Source: an uncultured Opitutales bacterium
GTDB taxonomy: Bacteria; Verrucomicrobiota; Verrucomicrobiia; Opitutales; UBA9783
Length of the DNA stretch: 42,145 bases
Direction of reading: 5' to 3'
Assembly: GCA_944389435.1 (NCBI GenBank)
Contig: CALXMI010000037.1
Span: 1 to 42,145, forward strand
Below, one piece after another: positions 35,873-42,145 of the stretch. The notes beneath the pieces are model-generated. The model saw nothing but the letters and a program-made list of their open reading frames with translations. It ran no database searches and was not told where the DNA came from. The position numbers and the translations under genes were made by a program. Numbering within the stretch: the first letter of the stretch is position 1; each line of letters starts with the position of its first letter.

Positions 35873-36817
35873 TCATTCGCTGTATTTATACAATTTCTTA
35901 CACAGCTTTTTAAAATACTCTTTATTAATACTGTAAAAGACAGTTCTCCCTTCATATCTTGTGTTTACCATACCGGGTTTTGTCATTGACGACAAATGAT
36001 AATAGGCATTAGTGCCGCTTAAACACAATTGCTGCTCAATATCCTTAATCGTTATTTCTCCGCTTGTTTTCATCATCTCTAACAGCTTCAGTCTGTTGAT
36101 TTCCGTAAAAACATATCCAAAATCTTTTAAATCGTAGCGATTTTCGGTATCTATATTATTACTGTAATCCTCGCTTATCAATAATAAATAATTGCCGCTT
36201 TTCAGAGGAAAAACTTTCAATACTTCCTTGTCCAATAAAGAAACTGCACACACGGTATTATCAGAGATTTTATCAGTTAAATTCAGTTTATCCAACACTT
36301 TGGGTTCTAAAATACCCTGGTGAATTTTTGAAATGCTGAACGAATGATTTTCATACTTTCTTTTTAACTGTAAATTTAATTCCAACAGAGTCCTCATTAA
36401 CTCGTGTACAGTTTTAACAGGCTCAATAAATAACGAATATAGAGAGCTTTTTAATTCATCGGGATATTTCGACTTTAAAATTAACTTGTTTAAATCATAT
36501 AAAGACCTGAAATCGTTAAAAACAAATTTAATATTAACATCGCCGAAATAATAATCAATAATTCTATTTACGGAATTTTCACAGTCAATAAGCTTATTTT
36601 GAATAACCTCAATATTTTCATTGATCAATAATTCCTCATAGCTTTCAGCAAAAATATTCTGCATAAAGGAATACCCTTTGTCGCTCTTATAAAAGAAGGG
36701 CAGAATACAATCAGATACGCCTTTCCAGTCCAACCATTTATTTTCGTATTTGCTGTTAAAGTGTTCGGATAGAACATATATCATATCATAATAAATTCCA
36801 ATATCAGAATGAATCAT
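35873..36817 (-). CDS. ArsR-like wHTH regulator, paralogue of 22117-23181
   Basis: Shared motifs LYSxFIEP, EITIKD, GTNAYYHLS, GRTxxYSINKxYF. Confidence 0.85.
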   Translation of the reverse strand: MIHSDIGIYYDMIYVLSEHFNSKYENKWLDWKGVSDCILPFFYKSDKGYSFMQNIFAESYEELLINENIEVIQNKLIDCENSVNRIIDYYFGDVNIKFVFNDFRSLYDLNKLILKSKYPDELKSSLYSLFIEPVKTVHELMRTLLELNLQLKRKYENHSFSISKIHQGILEPKVLDKLNLTDKISDNTVCAVSLLDKEVLKVFPLKSGNYLLLISEDYSNNIDTENRYDLKDFGYVFTEINRLKLLEMMKTSGEITIKDIEQQLCLSGTNAYYHLSSMTKPGMVNTRYEGRTVFYSINKEYFKKLCKKLYKYSE

Positions 36818-36970
36818 AAAACAATACCTCCGTACATTTGGAAAAAAGTATACTTTTTGATAAAACTTACCATAATAATATTCTTAGTTTAAAATCTTGA
36901 TTTTAGACACTTTTTTTGATATAATTTCCTTGAAAAAATGTAAAATAATATGTTTTTTTAAAAATTTAGG

Positions 36971-37663
<693 letters not shown>

Positions 37664-37737
37664 TTAATTTCGCAGTTGCTTTTATATGGACTTAATGTGT
37701 TTTTTCATTTTCAATATTTAAACAATGCAACTCCATT

Positions 37738-38613
37738 TTACCACTTTGCCACTATTTTTCCGTACACAAGTTTTCGCGTGTAGTCATACTTTGTAATAAC
37801 CACGATTACTTGGTCGCCAATATCAAAGTCTTCATCGCATTGGTACATCGAATAGGTGCACAGGCAGTCAAGGTTTTCCTCTAATTTACAGAACACGCCG
37901 CCTTTATATTTGCCGGAAATAGTAGAAGCACGGCGGGAATTAAGCGGATGGCGAATCTCCACACCGTCAAAGGGGTGAGGCTCTGCCTCTTTTACGGATA
38001 CGCGCAGTTGTTTGGTTTCATCGTCATATTCCTTTAGGATAGCGTTATGCGTTTCTCCAGGGTGGAACTTCTCACGCAGGTCGCTTATCATACCGTAGGA
38101 CAAATCTCTTTGCGAAAGCGTCATATCAAAGCCGCCGCTTGTTGCAAGCAGATGTGTGGCGCCGACCGCTAAAACATTTACGGCAACCTTTTTTCCTGCT
38201 TTGGGAGCAAGCTTCAGGAAAGAACGGCGTCTTACGCTCATTGCAAGCCTTCGTGATGCAGTACAGCAATCACTTTCACGGTCAATTCCTGTTATGACAT
38301 AATCTATAGTTGCACCCGTCATTGAACGGAGTACATGCTCGGGGCGGGTTGTTTTCTCGTCAAACCACACCTGTTGCTCGGGAATAAGGACTTTTACACG
38401 GTAACTTATAACAACCAGACAGTTAATAGCAACACGCTTGTTTTCTCCCGTTTCTTTGTCGGGGAGTGTTATAGTGTTGGTATCCATACCGACAACTCTG
38501 CCTGTAAGCACCGAGCCTGCTCGATAGGACGCGTATATCGCGTTCCATTCCTTTTGTTGTTCTTCGGATAAATCCTTGTCAAGTTCAGTTAAATCAAGAT
38601 CTTTGAAATCCAT
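37738..38613 (-). CDS. S1 RNA-binding domain protein (ICE backbone)
   Basis: S1-like repeats (ASRR, DLSYGMISDLREKF..G, LRVSVKEAEPHPF). Confidence 0.75.
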   Translation of the reverse strand: MDFKDLDLTELDKDLSEEQQKEWNAIYASYRAGSVLTGRVVGMDTNTITLPDKETGENKRVAINCLVVISYRVKVLIPEQQVWFDEKTTRPEHVLRSMTGATIDYVITGIDRESDCCTASRRLAMSVRRRSFLKLAPKAGKKVAVNVLAVGATHLLATSGGFDMTLSQRDLSYGMISDLREKFHPGETHNAILKEYDDETKQLRVSVKEAEPHPFDGVEIRHPLNSRRASTISGKYKGGVFCKLEENLDCLCTYSMYQCDEDFDIGDQVIVVITKYDYTRKLVYGKIVAKW

Positions 38614-38616
38614 AAT

Positions 38617-39150
38617 TTATTCTCCTTCCTTCGAGTAAAGATAAAATTCATATTCACCGTTATTCTTTAGAACATAACAGTGTTCGCAGGCAACTCGAAT
38701 ACCTTGCATTTGTTCTTCTTTTTCGGGTACGAATACAAACATACGGTACTTTGCATATTCGCCTTCAAGCTGTGCGGATATAACTGCCTCGGTTCCGTAT
38801 GCCACAGGGCAAATATCGTACCGCCAGAGCTTACTTCCGCGCCACTTGAAAAAGGTTAAGGCAAATATATCCTTGCCCTTTTTGAAAGGTTCGTTGAAAT
38901 CCGGTCCGAGCAGAAGCATTATGTCAATAGCCTCAATAATCTTTTCATCCAACTTGCCGCTTCGTGAAAAGAGATACCCGTTGCTTTTCTTGATTTTTCT
39001 GCCGGTCAATAAAGGATATATGGTTCGTTCCAAATCTGCGTTCGGATATTTGTGCTTTAGAATTGCTTGGGCCTGGTCTTCACGGACTGCCCCGAACAGA
39101 TTTAGTAGGTCCAAAATCACCTGTTGGTCTGCTTTCGTATAGGTCACCAT
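38617..39150 (-). CDS. Conserved ICE protein (DUF5697-like)
   Basis: Lies between repA and the S1 gene; YDICPVAYGTE motif; family assignment from memory. Confidence 0.6.
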   Translation of the reverse strand: MVTYTKADQQVILDLLNLFGAVREDQAQAILKHKYPNADLERTIYPLLTGRKIKKSNGYLFSRSGKLDEKIIEAIDIMLLLGPDFNEPFKKGKDIFALTFFKWRGSKLWRYDICPVAYGTEAVISAQLEGEYAKYRMFVFVPEKEEQMQGIRVACEHCYVLKNNGEYEFYLYSKEGE

Positions 39151-40228
39151 CTTCATCGTCTCCTTCCTCAGCACCCCGAAAAGAATCCGGCGGTGCATAT
39201 AAATCTTTTTGGCTCACATACCTGGCCGGAAGGCTCAGTATCAAATCGCTGTCCTTTTCGCAAATATTATTGATAATGGTTGACATTATGTACGCCATCG
39301 GATTGATTATTCGTTCCTCATTGGATTTCATAGTTTCAACCGTGGAGATAAGGGTATCGCAGTCAAGCAGATTTAAGTAACTGCGCACCTTGGCCTGCGG
39401 CAGTATTGCGTTTCCGATTTTAAGGCTTTCGGAATAATACAACCGCTCTATTGCCTGTATCAGCATTTGGCGGACATTCTCCGAAAATATGTTAAGCTCA
39501 CAGCGGTTAAGGATATCCTGTATTGACTTTTCATCGTCGGTCTGTCCGTCCGTCATTTTTTTACGACCTATACCGCTAAGGTTTTCGTAAGACTGATTGA
39601 CAGACTGACTGTTCTCAATATGACTGTTTTCAGTCTTTTTATTATTAATCTTTTTAGTGTGCCGATCCGGCATATCTTGAACTTCCGTATCGTCAGTTCT
39701 TGATGTGCCGTTTTGACAGTTCTTGATGTGCGATTTCGGCATATCTTGATGTGCCGTTTCGGCATGTCTTGATATGCCGTTTTGGCACATCTGCATATTT
39801 AGCGGGTTTGCGGACTCTTTTTCGCCGTTTTCATCATTATTTCCGTCAAAGCTTTCGCTGAATTCTGCGGCGTCTTCATCGGTAAGCTCTGCTTTTAATA
39901 CATACAGAAGGTTAGGTGCGCCGAGACCTTGACGCTGCTCGTAAAGCAATCCGTTTTGAATGAGCTCCTTAAACGCCGATATAGATTTCTTATACGAAAT
40001 ATTAAGGGTGTTGGCGGCTTCTTCACGGGTATAAATGAGATAGACCTCGTTATCCTCATTAATCCAATCGTTTTTCTGGGATAAGGTCATACGGTTGAGC
40101 AAAAGCGAATAGATAAACTTAGCCTCAAGGGACATTTGCTTATATTTCGGGTTGGCGATGAGTGCAAGCGGTAAGCGTAGAAATTCACTTTTTACTACAT
40201 CGTTCACCCTATATGTTCGATCTATCAT
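39080..40228 (-). CDS. repA: Replication initiator protein A (RepA_N family)
   Basis: FLRLPLALIANPKYKQMSLEAKFIYSLLLNRMTLSQKNDWINEDNEVYLIYT...QGLGAPNLLY; internal repeats. Confidence 0.88.
   Translation of the reverse strand: MIDRTYRVNDVVKSEFLRLPLALIANPKYKQMSLEAKFIYSLLLNRMTLSQKNDWINEDNEVYLIYTREEAANTLNISYKKSISAFKELIQNGLLYEQRQGLGAPNLLYVLKAELTDEDAAEFSESFDGNNDENGEKESANPLNMQMCQNGISRHAETAHQDMPKSHIKNCQNGTSRTDDTEVQDMPDRHTKKINNKKTENSHIENSQSVNQSYENLSGIGRKKMTDGQTDDEKSIQDILNRCELNIFSENVRQMLIQAIERLYYSESLKIGNAILPQAKVRSYLNLLDCDTLISTVETMKSNEERIINPMAYIMSTIINNICEKDSDLILSLPARYVSQKDLYAPPDSFRGAEEGDDEDGDLYESRPTGDFGPTKSVRGSP
39652..39789. repeat. Six tandem degenerate 23-bp repeats inside repA (iterons/origin)
   Basis: tcttga starts at 39675, 39698, 39721, 39744 and 39767 (period 23), plus a degenerate unit at 39652; consensus tcttgatgtgccgtttcggcata. 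Confidence 0.85.
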
Positions 40229-40259
40229 ACTTGATTATCCCTCTCTTTTTAATATTGTT

Positions 40260-42145
40260 CTAAATATTTTTAGGTGTTTCTTTCTTGTAATTGTAATTCT
40301 CAGCATTTTGATAAGAAATCTTTTTTGCAGGTGCATTATCCTCTGCGTCAAGCTGAACTTCCTCTGTAGTATCATCTTCAGGCTCTATAGGAATCTTTAC
40401 CTGATAGTTAGGAACAGAGTGACTTTGTGCACCTGTTGCACGCTTAGGTTTCTGTTTTTCCTGTTTCTGCCACAAAGGTTCATAGTCAATCGCCTTGCAG
40501 GGTTTAAGCTTATCAAAAAAAGGATGCTCTTCCGGAGTAATCTTGCTGAGCTTCAGCGGCTTTGAGCCGCGAATTAAAAGTATTGCTTGGTCTTTTGGTA
40601 AGCGCCGAACTTCATCAGGCATCATTAAGGATCTGCCGGTGCTTGTTTTGTTATGCGTGTACGGTCGTGTTGTGTTCAGGACGGGAGAAAACAGCGGCGT
40701 CATAGGAACTACGGAATTGTTTATACGAACCGTTATTTCTCCGCATTGGTCGCTGATATGTTCTGCGGTCATCATATCGTTACAGCCGAGAAAAAGCTGA
40801 TAATCGCAGTCACCGATGATTTCCTGCCATTCATTTTTGGGGTATCTGTTGGCTATCTGTGCGATACTCTGTATAGCCGCCTGAATGTTTATGTTTCTTG
40901 AACGGGCTACGGAGAATATCTTTTTGCTGTCTAAAAGACTGATATTACAAAACTCATCCATCAGCACATTAACACATACGGGAAGTCTGCGGTTGGGCTG
41001 ACTTCGGGCAAAATCGAATAGTTTAACGAACAGCAATGAAAAGAACATTGAAGATAAAAATTCGAGTGAACTGTCCTGATCGGATATGATACAAAAGTAG
41101 GCGCACTTTTGTTTTCCCGGTAATGTAAGGTCGATTTCGTGGTGTTTGGTTATATCATCAACCAACTTGTTTTGGAACACATTTAAGCGGTTGCCGAGAC
41201 CGATGATGATATTACCCCAAATCTGCTTATGAGCCTGACGGAAAATACCGTAGGGCGGCAGCGCAGGATGATCGGGCGGCAGACTTCTGAACTTTGCGTC
41301 AAGCTCCTGTACCGAGGTTGAGGACAGTATCTTGTAAATAGTGCCGAGACTGCGTTCTTCCACGGGCAGGAGCTTATCTGTGCCGGGATAGGTCATTGTG
41401 CCGACATAGTGCAAAAGAGCCATAAGCAGGTTTTTTTCCGCCTTAGCCCAGAAGTCGTCCTTGTCGCTTTCCGAGGAGGTGTTTCGTATAATGATTTCTG
41501 CCACATTCTGAACAAGGTTAAGATCGTTAGCGGTTTCGGTTACACAATTCCAACCGTCTGATGCAAACAGGTCAAGAAGATTGTAAGCACAAACGGTATA
41601 GCCCTCTCCTCTTAAAAATTCAGAGTACATTTCGTAAAACTCTGCTTTCGGATCGACCATAATAAGACTTTCACCGCGCTTTACTGCCTGCATAGCAAAA
41701 GGCATTACAAAGCCCCTTGATTTTCCTGTACCGGGTGAGCCATAGATTATTATGTTTTTGTTCATACCGCGAATATCCTTGAGGGATACATATTCGCCGT
41801 TATCCAATTTTCCGAACAGGGTTTCGTCTAAGGCGTCAATCGGACCCTTATTCAGCACCTCGGACAGCTCGTTTTTATTCATCCAGCCGGAGGTGCCGTG
41901 AGTCCCCTCGGGAAGAATCTCTATACCCCGTTCTTTGTCCTTTACTGTTTTGTATCCCGATAGAAGCTGATAGCCTTTTTTAGCAAACAGGCAGTACATA
42001 AGGACAACGAATATAGTTATCATCATGCCGTAGGGTGTGAAGACAGCACCGATGTTTTTGAAAGGGTTTAAGGTGAACCATTCTTCATTTGCGGCATTAC
42101 GAAAATTCATTACAGCAACGCCTATGCACCGCACAACCATTCCGT
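40260..42145 (-). CDS. virD4: VirD4/TraG type IV coupling protein; start probably lies outside the window
   Basis: THGTSGW, GSPGTGKSR, DPKAE, DFW, MDEF, RSRNI, QSIAQ..RY, LMMPDEV. Confidence 0.93.
   Translation of the reverse strand, partial: GMVVRCIGVAVMNFRNAANEEWFTLNPFKNIGAVFTPYGMMITIFVVLMYCLFAKKGYQLLSGYKTVKDKERGIEILPEGTHGTSGWMNKNELSEVLNKGPIDALDETLFGKLDNGEYVSLKDIRGMNKNIIIYGSPGTGKSRGFVMPFAMQAVKRGESLIMVDPKAEFYEMYSEFLRGEGYTVCAYNLLDLFASDGWNCVTETANDLNLVQNVAEIIIRNTSSESDKDDFWAKAEKNLLMALLHYVGTMTYPGTDKLLPVEERSLGTIYKILSSTSVQELDAKFRSLPPDHPALPPYGIFRQAHKQIWGNIIIGLGNRLNVFQNKLVDDITKHHEIDLTLPGKQKCAYFCIISDQDSSLEFLSSMFFSLLFVKLFDFARSQPNRRLPVCVNVLMDEFCNISLLDSKKIFSVARSRNINIQAAIQSIAQIANRYPKNEWQEIIGDCDYQLFLGCNDMMTAEHISDQCGEITVRINNSVVPMTPLFSPVLNTTRPYTHNKTSTGRSLMMPDEVRRLPKDQAILLIRGSKPLKLSKITPEEHPFFDKLKPCKAIDYEPLWQKQEKQKPKRATGAQSHSVPNYQVKIPIEPEDDTTEEVQLDAEDNAPAKKISYQNAENYNYKKETPKNI

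Noticed and set aside
39652-39789. Regular repeats as a possible CRISPR array
   Set aside because: Units are contiguous with no unique spacers, lie inside repA, and there are no cas genes; iterons fit better.

Overview
The window is part of a large integrative/conjugative element or conjugative plasmid, probably from a Clostridia-type (Bacillota) host. The left arm (1-13336, + strand) is a backbone operon with a PRTRC-like ubiquitin-related set (Ubl-like/JAB, ThiF/E1, E2 family D), a radical SAM enzyme, an amino-methyltransferase, a sigma factor, Rad52-like and Rad50-like proteins and a primase. Seven of its 17 proteins end in -AA. The right arm (37738-42145, - strand) carries VirD4/TraG, RepA_N with internal 23-bp iterons, a DUF5697-like gene and an S1-domain gene. 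Between the arms is an AT-rich cargo of about 24 kb. Its main content is two divergent radical SAM/SPASM RiPP-like gene clusters, each with an RRE/PqqD, an HPr-kinase-like protein and ABC transporter(s). I found two precursor-like peptides missing from the ORF track: P1 MVYETPAIVVYDEEELRAIEARAASCCPTGKTNS (21536-21640, -) and P2 MKKWVKPVVVELSAKELAKHIQAAARSGQCFAGDFR (22010-22120, -; overlapping the stop of a wHTH regulator). They share a [YW]xxP...EL..IxAxA leader and 11-residue Cys-containing tails. The tailoring genes are unusual: BacA-like decarboxylase, diphthine-ammonia-ligase-like ATPase and DUF2000 in cluster 1; S26 peptidase-RRE fusion, ACP-FkbH fusion and a frameshifted nucleotidyltransferase in cluster 2. 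The cargo also has a membrane-anchored NACHT NTPase, a second wHTH regulator paralogue and a serine resolvase with res-like palindromes. All family calls come from reading motifs by eye; no database search was run.
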